In this document: positions 27,067 to 42,594 of the stretch, in pieces
How positions within the stretch are numbered: position 1 is the stretch's first letter
Layout of the letters: the number at the start of each line of letters is the position of its first letter
Assembly (NCBI RefSeq): GCF_006345805.1
Contig: NC_043001.1
Coordinates: forward strand, 92,442,001-92,506,000
DNA: 64,000 nucleotides
Source: Octopus sinensis
Taxonomy: Eukaryota
Direction: 5' to 3'
Translations under genes and position numbers: made by a program
Notes under the pieces: model-generated
Told to the model about the DNA's origin: nothing
The model's database searches: none
What the model saw: only the letters and a program-made list of their open reading frames with translations

Positions 27067-27555
27067 ACTCTCTTTTACTCTTTTACTTGTTTCAGTAATT
27101 TGACTGTGGCCATGCTGGAGTACCGCCTTCAGTCGAGCAAATCGACACCAGGACTTATTCTTTGTAAGCCTAGTACTTATTCTATCTGTCTATTTTGCCG
27201 AACCGCTAAGTTACGGGGACGTAAATACACCAGCATCGGTTGTTGGGGGGACAAACAGATACACAAACTTATACACACACACACACATACATACATACAT
27301 ACATACATACATACATACATACATACATACATACATACATACTTACATACATACTTACATACATACATATATACATACATACATACATACATATACACAT
27401 ATACGACGGGCTTCTTTCAATTTCCATCTTCCAAATCCACTCTCAAGGCTTTGGTCGGCCCGAGGCTATAGTTGAAGACATTTGCCCAAGGCGCCATGCA
27501 GTGGGACTGAACCCGGAACCATGTGATTCGTAAGCAAGCTACTTACCACACAGTC
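27067..27555 (-). mobile_element. SINE family B
   Basis: Full family B layout. Confidence 0.85.
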
Positions 27556-28045
27556 ACATTCTTTTATTCGTTTCAGCCATGTGACTGTGGTCTTACTGGG
27601 TCATTCCTAAATGTGCATTTTTTTCACCTCGGTTGTTGACCCACTTGGTGTCTGAGGGAGTTTGAAACTGTTGTCCTCGTTTCTACCTCATGTCGCCCTA
27701 TTGTATCAACCGGTTTCTTGGATAGGAGAATGTTCAATTCCTGGCGTTAACGAGCTGTGGGCCTTTGAAAACTAAGCCATTGCAGTTCCAGACTCTGACT
27801 TTAAATGGCGTCCAGTTCGGACAAATATCACTCGATGCCATAATCAGGTACTAGGCCCTCTAGAATTTTCGATATGTACATTATTACATTATTACTGTGT
27901 TTTCGATCTAGGATATAATTCGTTCAGCTTCTCACTTTTGTTCATCTGCTGCAGTGTTACAATATTTTATATGTATCTATGTATGTATGTATGCATGCAT
28001 GCATGTATGCACACAGACACATATACGTGCAACACACACGCACAC

Positions 28046-29272
<1,227 letters not shown>

Positions 29273-29329
29273 CACGTATATATTTACACTCAGGTACATA
29301 TGTATGTTTACGCATATATATATATGGTA

Positions 29330-29790
29330 TTAAACACTTGCTATTGTCAATAATTTTCACAGTTCATTGAAACGCTAACAAAACAAATTAAAGGAAATGT
29401 ATTTATTCAGCTTTTGTGCTCATGAATCTTTTAGATTTTAGTGAATAAAATTGTCAAACGTAGTCACAATTACCTGTCACATGCATGTGGTGGTGTTATC
29501 TATGTATTGTATGTGTCTGTGTGTGAGTGTATGTGTGTGTGTCTGTATGTGTACGCACATAAAATTTATGCAATTGATCATGAATGTATGGGATTAGGCA
29601 TAAAATAGCTAATTATATTACACATGTAGACAGGTATGAATTGCCAATTAAGTATAAAGAGAGGGCGATAGAGAAAATTAGGAAGTTTAAGCCACCCACT
29701 TTACACATATCCATTTATTTAAAAAGATTGTTTTCTGGAATGAATTTCACTTTGAACAGAGCGTCTTCGAGTAACGTACGTACATTTTTT
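29330..29790 (+). promoter_or_regulatory. Conserved upstream block of paralog 2: candidate promoter and non-coding exon
   Basis: Aligns with 44820-45340: aaatagctaattatatt, agccacccac and tttgaacagagcgtcttc(g/t)agtaacgta, ending in donor-like GT. Confidence 0.6.
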
Positions 29791-29963
29791 TTTCTTCTTT
29801 AATGCTTCGATATTTCTTTTCGTTTTGTAGAAATTCTTCCAAAATATATGTGCCAAGACAATTAAGTGTAAATAATTTGCTAAATATTTTTTTTTAAAGA
29901 CTTTACATTTGATTAGTTGTGTAATTAACGAAAGATTTTTCTTGCTCTCCCATGATATACATT

Positions 29964-30074
<111 letters not shown>

Positions 30075-30612
30075 AAGGCGGCGAGATGGAAGAATCGTTC
30101 GGACGCTAGGCAAAATGCTTAGCAGTATAACGTCCGTGCCTGCGTTCTGAGTTCAAATTCCGCTGAGGTTAACTTTGCCTTTCACCCTTTCGGGGTCGAT
30201 GAAATAAGTTCCAGTTACGCACTGGCCCCTCCCACAAACTTCAGGCCTTATGCCAATATTATAAAGGATCATTATTATTAATATTTTGCTGCTACTGCTT
30301 TTGTTGTTGTTGTTGTTGTTGTTGTTAGAATGCTTTGCGCTCTTACAGTGTTCTTGTTATTATTATTATTACTATTATTATAATCATCACCATCAAGTCG
30401 GTGAGCTGGCTGAACCGTTAGCACGCCGGGCTAAATTCTTAGTAATATTTCTCCTGTTGCTGCGTTTCGAATTCTGTCGAGGTTAACTTTGCCTTTCATC
30501 CTTTCAAGGTCGATAGATTAAGTACCAGTAAAACACGGGTGTCGATGTAATCGACTTAACCCTTTTCCCAAAACTTTCGGGCTTTGAGCCCATATGATTA
30601 TTATTATTATTA

Positions 30613-30657
<45 letters not shown>

Positions 30658-30659
<2 letters not shown>

Positions 30660-31210
30660 GAGTGAGAGAGCAGTGCATGCTACCAAAGTGACACTGGGGT
30701 ATAATATACGAAGCCCAGTATACCCATCACGACTACCTGTTTGATAAGAGTACACTAGGCACATGCTTCACAACCACATGTGAGCGATATGGTGATTTCA
30801 TATCAAGATAAACAGCGCATGACCTTGCATGTGGGGCCCACTTAGAATTTTCTTCTGGTCAAGTAGCCCATCCCGCTCAAAAGGTCCCTGAATAAGGTTT
30901 GTTTAAAGATGATGAATGAAACACCCATATTTCCAAGGTTGAATTATCCAAACCCCCAAAGAATCCCACTACATGATGCTCCCCCACTACTTCTGCTCAT
31001 GATCAGAGATGCACATATCGTCAGCCACTAAGGGACATGCTCAACTGGTTAAGGTCAAACAACTGACAAGCAAACCTGTAGTATTGCGCAGAATATTTGC
31101 TGTAGCCCATCTTTCATACCAAGACAAAACAATGTACATGGTGACACTTCCAATCAGTTAAGATCAGAAGTTATGAGAGCCACTGCCTGGTACTGCATTA
31201 GGGCATTTAT
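30658..31210 (-). mobile_element. (TAA)n-associated retro-repeat, family D
   Basis: Copies at 48890-49180, 57125-57452 and 57597-58056, each abutting (TAA)n. Strand is assigned by assuming (AAT)n is the 3' tail. Confidence 0.7.
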
Positions 31211-31590
31211 GATTATTATTGTTGTTGTTGTTGTTGTTGTTGTTGCTGCTACTGCCGCTGCTGCTACTGCTCCTGTTGTTGTTGTAGTTACCGATAGAAA
31301 CATAATAAATTTTATACAATAGTAGAATCAAGATTTTCATGTTCCTATACTAGTTTGATTATATCGACCCCAGTGCGTAACTGGTAGTTAATTTATCGAC
31401 CCCGAAAGGATGAAAGGCAAAGTCGACCTCGGTGGAATTTGAACTCAGAACGTAAAGACAGACGAAATACCGTTAAGCATTTCACCCGGCTTGCTAACGT
31501 TTCTGCCAGCTTGCCGCCTTATCCTCCAGCTTTCTCATTCGTTCTCTCCGCTTCTTACATCTCCTACACACACATACACACACTCTATCT

Positions 31591-31625
<35 letters not shown>

Positions 31626-31773
31626 ACTCTCTTTCTCTTTGCTTTTGACCCCCTTCTCACTCCCACTATCTCAGTCTCTTTTACTAAATTATTAATGACA
31701 TTTACTGCCTTCTTCTTTTCAGTAGCTTCTGACGAATATAATCTGAACAACAAATTATCAAGTATTGAATGAA

Positions 31774-31919
31774 ATGGCGAGTTATTATCACAGAATCAGT
31801 AATCGTCCTATGTGCAATGACACTATCCCCGGTAGACTATATCAGTTCGCTAAAGCTAACCCAAACAAAGAGGCCATTGTTTACTACGACACAAAATTCC
31901 AACGAACATCTATAACACG
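31774..31919 (+). CDS. ANL-family enzyme paralog 2, first coding exon (MASYYHRISNRPMCNDTIPGRL...RTSITR)
   Basis: 146 nt; donor CG|GTAAGA; UTR acceptor ttttcag ending at 31722. Confidence 0.92.
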
Positions 31920-32419
31920 GTAAGAGCTAATATTTTTTCTATCAGTTTTGGACGCAAATATTTATCCATTCTTATTAGAAAGACTTAGTGAGTCTTAGAT
32001 TGGGATTCGTGAGATTGAGGCATTAATTTCCAAGGTATAGTGACCATTAACATATTTCAATTACGTAATGTTTGTTAGTTATATATATATTCCCCGTTTA
32101 TTACACAGGGTTTCTGCACAAAGCAGCGGTGTTGAATGTCATTTCTGGTTAAAAGTGTGTCGTAGCTTAAGCGCTGAGTGCGCAATGTAGGGGTACAATA
32201 TGTCTGGTCGATATTGTTGCGACCCCCTTCAGTTATAAATAACCATGGGATTGCATCTAGAATGTTACCTTCCGAGGCACAAGTCTGGGCAAGGTTCCTT
32301 ATGGAAGACCAGCAGTGGCCCATGCATACTGGCCTCCCCTGTCCACGCCACCGATGTTATCCAAGAGAAAGGCAAAGGCCGATACAGCTTGGCACCAGTG
32401 ACGTCGCAGCTCAACGTAC

Positions 32420-32763
32420 AATTGGCTGAGCACTCCACAGACACGTATACCCTTAACATGCAAGTGGCTGAGCACTCCACAGACACGTGTACCCTTAACG
32501 TAGTTCTCGGGGAGATTCAGCTTGACACAGAGTGTAACAAGGCTGGCCCTTTGAAATACAGGTACAACAGAAACAGGAAGAAAGAGTGAAATAAAGTTGT
32601 GGTGAAAGAGCTCAGCGGGGTTCACCACCACAACCCCTGCCGGGGCCTCGTGGAGCTTTAGGTGTTTTCGTTTAATAAACACTCACAATGTCCGGTCTGG
32701 GAATCGAAACCGCGATCCTACGACCGTGAGTCCGCTGCCCTAACCACTGGGCCATTGCGCCCC
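32420..32763 (-). mobile_element. SINE family A in paralog 2 intron, fused to another repeat (~32226-32415)
   Basis: Matches 20727-21112 and has a short internal duplication. Confidence 0.8.
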
Positions 32764-33402
32764 CACTCTGATCGATATGCAACCATTATAATTACACAGT
32801 GTTCAGCAACTGTGATTAATCTCGATATTTCTATCAAGTTTCAAAAAACACTCATAATGTTTATAGAAATAATGCTTGCAGACTTGAAAAGGAATGTTAA
32901 ATGCGAAACTTATACTTATATGTGCAAGATTGATTAGGCTGATTGAAAAAGATTGAGAATATGCATAAAGAGTTCTGGCGACAGGCGAAAAGTGAAGATG
33001 TCAGGATTTTGTAATTGATATTAATATAATCACATCTGAAATACTTGGAACAGGAAATGGTTTATAATTAAGTAATCAATCTAGACGTAATAAAATATAT
33101 TGTACATATACTTATAAGCCGTGTCCAAACCACATTATATTATCGCTAAATTGATTATTTGATTATGAATTAAATATTTCCTATTTCAAATATATGGGTG
33201 AGCTGTTTGATGAGAAGAGTGACATATATTTTATTGCATTTAAGGGGTCTTTTATTGAATCATAGTTTTTATAGTTAATGCTTTAAAGTGATACTTTGCA
33301 AATTTAAATTCTGCTTAAGGAAAATAGAAATGAAACACAAAATTCTTCGGGAAACTGCTTATAGTAGTTGCCACACTCGCAGTACGGCCATGATAATGTA
33401 TA

Positions 33403-33483
<81 letters not shown>

Positions 33484-33500
33484 ATATATATGTATGTATG

Positions 33501-33545
<45 letters not shown>

Positions 33546-33557
33546 ATATATACATAC

Positions 33558-33589
<32 letters not shown>

Positions 33590-33594
33590 GTATG

Positions 33595-33639
<45 letters not shown>

Positions 33640-33703
33640 TATATTATATATATATATAATATATATATAATATATATATATATAATATATAATATATGAT
33701 ATA

Positions 33704-33734
<31 letters not shown>

Positions 33735-33910
33735 ATATAATATATATATATATATATACTTGCGTATGTAAATGTATGAATATATATATATGTGCATATG
33801 TGTATGAAAGCATACATATACATATATATATTTGATATGTGTGTATGTATGTGCATATGTAAGTGCCTGAAAATGGAGAAAGGGAGTATGTGAGACTGTC
33901 TCTGCGTGGG

Positions 33911-33958
<48 letters not shown>

Positions 33959-34159
33959 CGTATATGTGCGTGGGTGATATGTGTGTATGTGTACTACGAA
34001 GAGTAGATATGTATGGATATGTGTGTCGACAAGACGCTGTGTTTGGTTATGTGTGTTTATGAACGTGTAGGTGTATGTTTACGTGTCAAGTGGATAAGAA
34101 GTTAAAAGAAATGGGGTATGGTAGTCTGTCCATTTTTCGAGAAGAGACAATACGAGGGA

Positions 34160-34310
34160 AGAGCCTGCCCCAATGAAATCGTCTCTACTTACCTTGACGC
34201 CTTCCTCGTATCCTTGGTTGCTGCTCACCCCTCCCACATACATGAAACCAAACATGCTTTTCACCTCTTCACATCCTCCATCTCCCTCGAACCCTCCGAA
34301 ATTTACTGTC
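34160..34310 (+). mobile_element. Penelope-like RT fragment
   Basis: ACPNEIVSTYLDAFL...PSHIHETKH resembles the PLE RT segment PTxxISxYLDxxL...LPSYIxDT. Confidence 0.55.
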
Positions 34311-34594
34311 AGTTTCTCGTACATGCTTCATAACTAAACTATCGGGAGACTTCCCATTAGGTTTTTTTTAAATCCACACAAAGTCTGCCAATGAACGGGG
34401 AGAATTTACTGGTAAAAAAGATATTAAGAAAACTATTCGATGCATATTGTTTTACACTACCGAATTATTTCATAGATGAAACGTTTAATACGCTTGGAGT
34501 ATATATTTTAATACATATCGTTATTTCTAATGTAGATATCGATTTTCTTTCCTTTTTTTAAGTTTATCATTTTCTGGTATATTTTCCTTGGCAG

Positions 34595-36122
34595 AAAACA
34601 ACTCTATGATGGAACAGAGCAGTTTGCTAAAGCCCTTGTCAAGCAAGGAATCAAGAAAGGTGATCGAATTGCCCTCTGTGTATCGAACTGTGTTGAGTGG
34701 ATGGTATATGACAGCGGTATTATGATGGCAGGAGGGTGTTCGGTGAGACTCTGGGCCGGACAAGCTGATTTCTTACCCATGCTAGAAGATTGTGTGGCAA
34801 TAATTTTTGACTCAGACCCAACATTTCACAGTAAATTACTTAAGGTAGCAGATGTTTTCGAAAATGGTAATGTAGTCAGTGAAGTTTTTCCAAATCTACG
34901 TTTAGCCATTAATGTTTCGAAAACAAAATCATCGATTAAAGGTTTATGTTATGATAAGTTGATAGAAAAGGTACAAAATGATATAAGTATCATTCTTCCT
35001 CGCATGGAGGCCGAAGATATCACAATTATTTCACAAACATCTGGAACAACAGGAAAACCTAAGCGGGTTACTCATAGCAGCTTTGATATCATTAATGCTT
35101 CGGAAGTTTATTGTAAAGAACTTGGTTTAACTGAAAATGATGGATTTTTCAATGAACGTTATTTTGGTTTTGGTGGGTCATACCCTCTCTCATTTATAGC
35201 GACTGGGCTGAAATATGTCTCTGCAGATATATGTAGCCTAAATGCCCCAAAAGACTTCACCAAACTGAATGAAATCTTGAAAAATGAAGGATGCAAAAAG
35301 ATCGCTTTAATGCCGTCAGATTTACATTTCTGTCCAGAAAAGGAAAATATGATGGATTTCGTTATGATAGCAGGTGACATGACATCCTTAGATAATATAA
35401 AGCGTGGTTTATCTTGGTCAACATTAATCGATCATTTTATGGCCACTGCTGAAACTCTAATAATTGGTCATAAGAGTTTCACGAAAGACAACGTTGATAG
35501 TTATGTTCCTGGAATAATTGGCCGACCATTTCCAGATATGGAAGTAAAACTTGTGGATGATAATAACACAATTGTCGACATCGGCGAAGAAGGTTATTTA
35601 TGTGTGCGAGCTGTATGGTGCTCAAAAGTGAATGCTGACGGAGAATCAATTCTAGACAAAGGATGGTTTAAGACAACAGATATTTGTAAAATGACTGAGA
35701 ATAGGGAAATAATTTTGTACGGCAAAGACGTTGACTTCATTACAAAGTCAGCTAGAAGAGTATCAATTAGATTTGTTGAGCAGCGTATGTTGCGTTACCC
35801 TGACGTTGACGACGTTGTTGTTGTCCCTGTACCAGATGAAGTACATGGGTCAAACATTTGTGCTTGTCTAATTATGAAGCATGGTACAAAAATGCATGAA
35901 GCCTCAATGTTTCAATTCTGCAACGAAAATCTGCCTCAGCCAAATAACTTTGACAACATTTCGTCTACTCCAGATTATTTTCTAGAGTTTGACAAATTTC
36001 CTAAACTTGGAAATGGAAAAGTTGATAGATGTTCAATGAAAAACTTAGCGATTGATCGTTTAATCCAGAAACAAGGTCTCAATCGTCCATGTTTGAAATC
36101 TCAATGCAAAATTGCCCAATAA
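34595..36122 (+). CDS. ANL-family enzyme paralog 2, main exon; spliced protein 557 aa
   Basis: Acceptor ttccttggcag|A in frame with ORF 34701-36122. QTSGTTGKPK, GWFKTTD, PKLGNGKVDR. Confidence 0.93.
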
Positions 36123-36733
36123 AATGAAGAGCGTAGAGTTCAATTTCATCCGTTTCATATGTTTTGGATATAAAAAAAATTCTAATTAGGAAACAAAATC
36201 TACATTTAATCAGGAATAAAAATTAACAGCCGAATTAAGCTATCGCTATGATACATTTTAATTAATTAAACTAGTTTTTTTCTACTATTGAATTATATTG
36301 GACAAATTTGGTTGATTAATAATTGTTACATCATACTTTAAATTTGTTAATCACTTTGATAACGTTTTACCTTTATTGCAATTATCATTTATAACCAGAT
36401 TCAGAGTAAATTATTTATTGTAATGTTTCTTCTTGTATTAATAAAAGTATTCAATGTAATATTGGGTTGTATCGTTTTTTTTAGATTTTGTAAAATAATA
36501 AAACCAAATCTTATCGCTAATAAGTTAACAGCTAGAATCTTTTAGATATAAATGTTACACATAGTCCTGTAATAACAGAACAAAACGTGAGTAAAGATCT
36601 GAATTGGGAAACAAATCCCTAATCTAGCATTAAATATATATAAGAATACACTGTTATCCGACTTAGCCGAAATGCTGTATCATTAAAGGAAATAAATATC
36701 GGTATAATTAAGTCAGTTTTAAGTCTGGCTAAT

Positions 36734-37033
36734 GTGGAGGCACATGGCCTAGTGGTTAGAGCAACGGACTCGCGGTCGATGGATCGCCGGTTCGAATCTC
36801 AGACCGGGCGATGTGTGTGTTTATGAGTGAAACGCCTAAGCTCCACTCGGCTCCGGCAGAAGGTAATGGCGAACTTCTCCTGACTCTTTCGCCACAACTT
36901 TCTCTCACTCATGCATCTTGCAGCTCACCTGCGACGGACCGGCATCCCGTCCAGGTGGGGAACCTATACACCAAGGAAACTGGGAAACCGGCCCTATGAG
37001 CCAGGCGTGGCTCGAGAAGGAACAAGCAACATA
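36734..37033 (+). mobile_element. SINE family A variant with 10-bp TSD
   Basis: TCTGGCTAAT at 36724-36733 and 37034-37043. Confidence 0.85.
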
Positions 37034-37539
37034 TCTGGCTAATATCAAATCATGAAGCTTATCGAATTTTTTTGTGGTTAGTTATAATTGTGGTTAGTTA
37101 TAATATGAATAAGTATTTTATGTATGATTGCATCTGTGAGATTCTACGATTCGTGTTTATCCCTAAACTCATCACGCTGCATGCCTACGAAAATTATTAA
37201 CATTTATTTTAAACATGTTTTTATTTACATCCAACATTTCAAGTAAGTTTTTTGGATACTCTTCATAATAACTCTATTCTAACGTCACATCAGTACTTAA
37301 AATATTACACCAATTCTTTCTTTGTGCTGCGGACTATATACAGAGAAAGAAATAGGTACTTTTAGTTATTGACTAATAATATTTGTCCCTTGCCGCATTA
37401 TTTCGTGCTTTAGCTGTTTAATACTCTCCGCAGAAAATATGCTAAAACACCACGTAAACTATTGTTGTGATGTAGATAATGTCGCAGTATCGTTTTATTG
37501 TCCCCGGTAGCACCACCAGACCTAGGATTTATCTATAGT

Positions 37540-39870
37540 TACCCATGGTTCCTGGACCGAACATCCTCCAGACAGGTCAGTTGATTCTTACCGACACCTA
37601 GAGTTTTCCTTTTCAGAGAACGTCGTTGCTCTCTGTACACTTGTCTTCTAAATAACGACAACCTGGAAATTTCACTGGCAACATTACCTGAGAAGAAGAG
37701 GGCTGACAACGTTTAAGATATCAGCTGCCTATTCTTGGTGCTCGCTTGACCCAGGATTGCAGTTCTATCAAAGAAATAAACTGTGTGCAAAAATATGAGT
37801 GACAAAAGAATAACATGCCTACTCTCAGTATAGGAATCTTTCTACATGCAGCAGCCTCAGCGCATGTTCATGCATTAACTTATATGGCGTACCGAGCCCT
37901 CTGCTTCCCGGACATTGACAGGAGATGACCCATCTAGTGAATGGAACGCAGGTCTTCCACAATAAGTTACAAAGCAGATGCCCGAACATGGTTAGACGAA
38001 AAAGGACAAGGTACGACGGCAGCATATAACGGTGGTTACGTCTACATTGACCATCTCTGTTTAACTTTTCAAGGATAGCTTCCTTTCAGCCTATTTCTGA
38101 GCACTCGGCTAATAACCTCCTCCCAATTCCTAGCCACATGGTGGTTGAGATCGAACTAGACCACAAGAAACTTAACAGGATTACACGCCTTGTGCACCAC
38201 AACGCTTATTGATGTCATAGGCTTTCGTCATCCTGTGCTGAGTAGCATGACCACCCCATTGTCCTGATTGATTTTTGTTCTTATTCCTTTCGAATGATGC
38301 TGACCAACTCGATTTCTGTCGTATCCACCATTATTATGATGACATAGCTCTTCCGTATTCCAGTTCAAACGGGCGACTCTTAAACAACGCTAATGTCTGT
38401 GTTAGTGACTCAAGAATTCTTACATAGAGAAGCGGTGAAAGAACACACCCATAAGAGATCTGAACTACCTCCGACAGTTGGTACCAATGAGCAAACCTTG
38501 CTATAAATTGAAGCGCTCCAGCCTTTAAGGACAGGACCAAAACCAGATGATTTGAGAACAACCTTCAAGTAGTGATGGCTGGTCTTTCAAAAGCTTTCAA
38601 TTAATCCAGGTTCATCACAGACCCACCGACATTCTGTATAATTTATCATAAGAGGTGGATAGATTTGACTGGGATTTCGCACGTTAGTACTTTTCCCACC
38701 ACGAATTTCACTAGAACCTAAATCAAAATCTTAAATTCTGCATTTGGAGGAGTTGTGTAGAAAACTATAGATTGTATCCCCTTGGTTTTTGTCATTCTTG
38801 TGCAGCCTTAGTGTTTCCAAGCTTATGTAACAGATTATTTACTTTCTAAGCTGCCAAGTCCAAGTACCTGATAGTAAAGTACCTGAAAGCAAGTACGTGA
38901 TAGCAAAAATATCATTAATATTTACGTAAAGCTGTAGGGAAGACCATGTATACCAGGCAATCTGCGCCTCCTATAACTAGTCATCACATCCTCTATCTCG
39001 GGTTTTTTTCGTGTTTTTCCAGTAAAATCCACCTCACTCTCCGTCCCACCATTCGCCACGAAAAGTTGACTCAAGTGCCGCTGGAAACCGTACATGTCTA
39101 CTCGAACTTGTGTAGCACGCTTCTATTCAGGTCTATCAAAGACTGAAATGTGGTTTTGTTGCCACGTTGCACTCCTGCAATCTGGGCCTTTCTTCTTGTG
39201 CCTTAGGGCACCTACTTTAAATCTGACAACGCAACCTTCGCGCCGACAACTAGTCGGTTGCGATGCCTTTAGTAATTGACTCTTCTAATTTATTCAGTAA
39301 TTCCCCCTCCAATCTATTTTACGCAGCTATTTCTTCGCCAAAACTTAACCATTATACTCTAATTGCCTCCCTCGGAATGCTATCTCCAGTGATTATTTGT
39401 CGAGAAGACCAAACTGATTGGCCTTCCGCAGAACTTATGTGTGTAACCACTTTAGTAGCGTTCTCCGACAAATGTGAAATACCTCTTAAACAAAGTGAAA
39501 TCCTGTCTCTGTAGGCTTTACACGACGTGAACGACACGTTCAGATTCCAACAGCCAGGTCTCTGTGCACGAGTTCTGTCTAGGTCGACCATGCAGTTCAC
39601 TAAACTGTAATCAGCGGAGCCGATCGATTAAATTTGTGAACATTCTACATTATCCTTATCTACTGAATGAATAAATACTCTGTCTTGATGATGTCTAGAT
39701 GACCCAATATGATTACTTCACATTTACGACTGGGATATTCATGAAATACAGTCGGTGCCTACCAAACACGCGGAAACGTCTGAGCTGATTACGAGGCTTT
39801 TACACCCCACTCTTCTTTCGAATAACCCCACACAATTCCATTCAGTGTCTGAGATACCATTCCATTTGCT
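37540..39870 (-). mobile_element. Highly decayed L1/Tx1-like LINE
   Basis: PGCWNLNVS and YGCVLSPLLYV (cf. QGCPLSPLLY) remnants with many stops. Confidence 0.7.
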
Positions 39871-40523
39871 CAATAGTATTATAGCACAGGCCGTTCTAAG
39901 GTATACACCCTGATGTCAAGGTATTCAATGAGAAGTTAATGACTTTGGGTAAAAGAAAATGCAGAAAATAAACGGTCTTTATCAACATAATTCCTTTTCA
40001 GCGATCCTTCAGTTTTTCTCGACTCTGTAAAAGAACTCGAAAAGTTGAACCTCCAACCAGATCTTTCGCGATACCCTTAAAGCCAGAAACTTTTCAGTAC
40101 TTCCTAGTAGATGGTCACAAGCTTAAAAGTACTACCTTAGCTGTTGTACGTATCCAAGACAACTGACTTACCACCCTAAAGTAGCTAAACACATTAGCTC
40201 TGTGGAAGGCCAACCAGTTCGGTCTTCTCGACAATTGAATGACGTTCCTTGGAGTTCAACCTCTTACCTCTCAACGTTTAAGAGTTCACTCTCTTACCTC
40301 TCGCATAAGCTTTGAACAGCAGCTGCAAATTTTAACGTTAAGCTTCTTCAAGAGTTCTCCGTTAATCAAACTGTTTATGTTAGCGCTATTTGTATTTTGT
40401 AGTTGTTGATGCCTCCTCTTCTCTGTGTAGTCTGTTTTCGAATAAATGATATTTTGTGTATACCATTAACACATTATTGCTTTAGTTAACAACACTGAAA
40501 TTAAAAGCTTGGATTTTATGTAT

Positions 40524-40758
40524 ACTTATTTCTTTACTGCCCACAAGTGACTAAACACGGAGGGGACAAACAAGGACAGACAAATGGATTAAGTCGATTA
40601 CATCGGCCCCAGTGCGAAACTGGTACTTATTTATCGACCCCGAAAGGATGAAAGGCAAAGTCGACCTCGGCGAAATTTGAACTCAGAAAGTACCGGCAGA
40701 CGAAGTACCGCTAAGCATTTCGCCCAGCGTGCTAACGTTTCTGCCAGCTCGCCGCCTT
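40524..40758 (-). mobile_element. SINE family C, full length
   Basis: Closely similar to 25327-25563. Confidence 0.88.
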
Positions 40759-41577
40759 GTATATTTTATGTATACTTGGTTGCTTTTGTTTGTGGATTTT
40801 CCTGCTGTTGTTGGCGTAGTTGTGGTTATTGGCGGGGTAGTGTTGGAGGCTTTGCTGTTTTGGTGTCGTTGATGAAGATTTCCGGGTTCTCTATCTCCTC
40901 ATTGATATTGTTGCCTTATTTTTCTGGAGTAAGGGTTTTCTTTTCTGTATTCCCTCTCCTTGTCTTGACGGGTACACATTGACCGAATATTTAAACTTCA
41001 CATCGTCGCATGACTGATTTTGGCAGTTTGGGAGGTTTGTTCATGAGAAGAGAAATATCGTTATTATACACCTGCTCCTTCTTTACTGATGAATTCAAAT
41101 GAAAATAGAAGAGCACATACATGGCCGTGTAATATAAAGTTTGTTTCTCTAACGTACAGTTCCGAGTTCAGTCCCACAGCATGATACCTTGGTCAAGTCT
41201 CTTTTACAATAGCTCTGGCCGGCCAAAGCCTGGTGAGAGGATCTGGTAAATCGCAGCTGAGACAAACCAATTGTATATATATATCTATGTGTGTGTGTTG
41301 TTGTGTTTGTCCATCCCCCACTGTTGAGAAGAGAAACTTGATTTACTTCTTCGACGCTTACATTTCTTTTCTACTATAGGAACATGGCCTGGAATTTGGT
41401 AGAGGGGGATAGTCGATTTCATCGACCCCAGTGCGTAACTGGTACTTATTTCATCAACCCCGAAAGGATGAAAGGCAAAATCGACCTCGGTGGAATTTGA
41501 ACTCAGAATGTAGCGACGGGCGAAATACTGCAAAGAATTTCGCCTAGCGTGTTAACGATTCTGCCAGCTCGCCGTAG

Positions 41578-42049
41578 GTAGGGTAGCTGACTGCTTATTG
41601 TGATCATTCGTCTTTTGGTTTCCTGTAGCTTTGCTCCCTTTCACAAACCCAGTGAACATACATATATTTCCTATTTCAAAGAAATTCAAACAAGACCGAC
41701 CCAAGTTAAAAAGATTCTCAACAATTCAACTTCTCTGGTTGACACACACACCCAATAGGGGCCTTAACTCCCACATTTTAGAGGTTCATGACCTCCATTT
41801 TTCAGGAGCAAAATCCTTCTAAGAGGTTCTATAAGACTGGAATTTTGGAATCTGCGCATAAAACCAGTAGTATGGGATACATGCGTCATGATTACAATTT
41901 TTTTAGGGTGTGTAATGAGGGAGAGAACCTCATCTGAAATTTTGATGAAATTCAAATCATAGGTATTCCTATTCATTACAGAAAATATAACAGAAAAGTC
42001 TAATTCTTCAATTGCATGTAACACGGGCAATGCCGAGTATCTCTGCTAG
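41578..42049 (+). mobile_element. Helitron-like 3' portion
   Basis: Ends cgggcaatgccgagtatctctgCTAG|T; shares sequence with 26755-27045. Confidence 0.6.
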
Positions 42050-42130
42050 TATATAAACATATATATATATATATATTCTTGTTATGTTTCAGCTGTGGCC
42101 ATGATGGGGCACCATATGTATGTATGTAAG

Positions 42131-42204
<74 letters not shown>

Positions 42205-42594
42205 TGCATATGTTTTTGTATATAGGCATATGCGTAATTGAGTGAACGTACACGATGATAGGAACTGAGTGGGGTAGAGCAACATGAAATGTGTTGTTTT
42301 TCTCGAGAAAACAACGCATAGCTCGATCCTGAAATTGAAACCGCAATCTTACAATCACGAGTCTAACACTCAACCACTAAGCAACGCCTCTCCATGAATG
42401 CACATGCATCACCAGTGTGTGTGTGTGTGTATGTGTGTGTGCGTGCGTGTGCGTATGTGCGTGTGTGTGTGTGTGCGTGTGAGTGCGTGTGTATATGTGT
42501 GTGCACATATATATATATATGTACACACACATATACATACGCCTATATATATAATACGTATATGTATTTCTGTATATATATACATATATATATA

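Noticed and set aside
41080-41115. CTGATGA...GAAA hammerhead candidate
   Set aside because: Weak stem II, no convincing stem I/III and no cleavage triplet.
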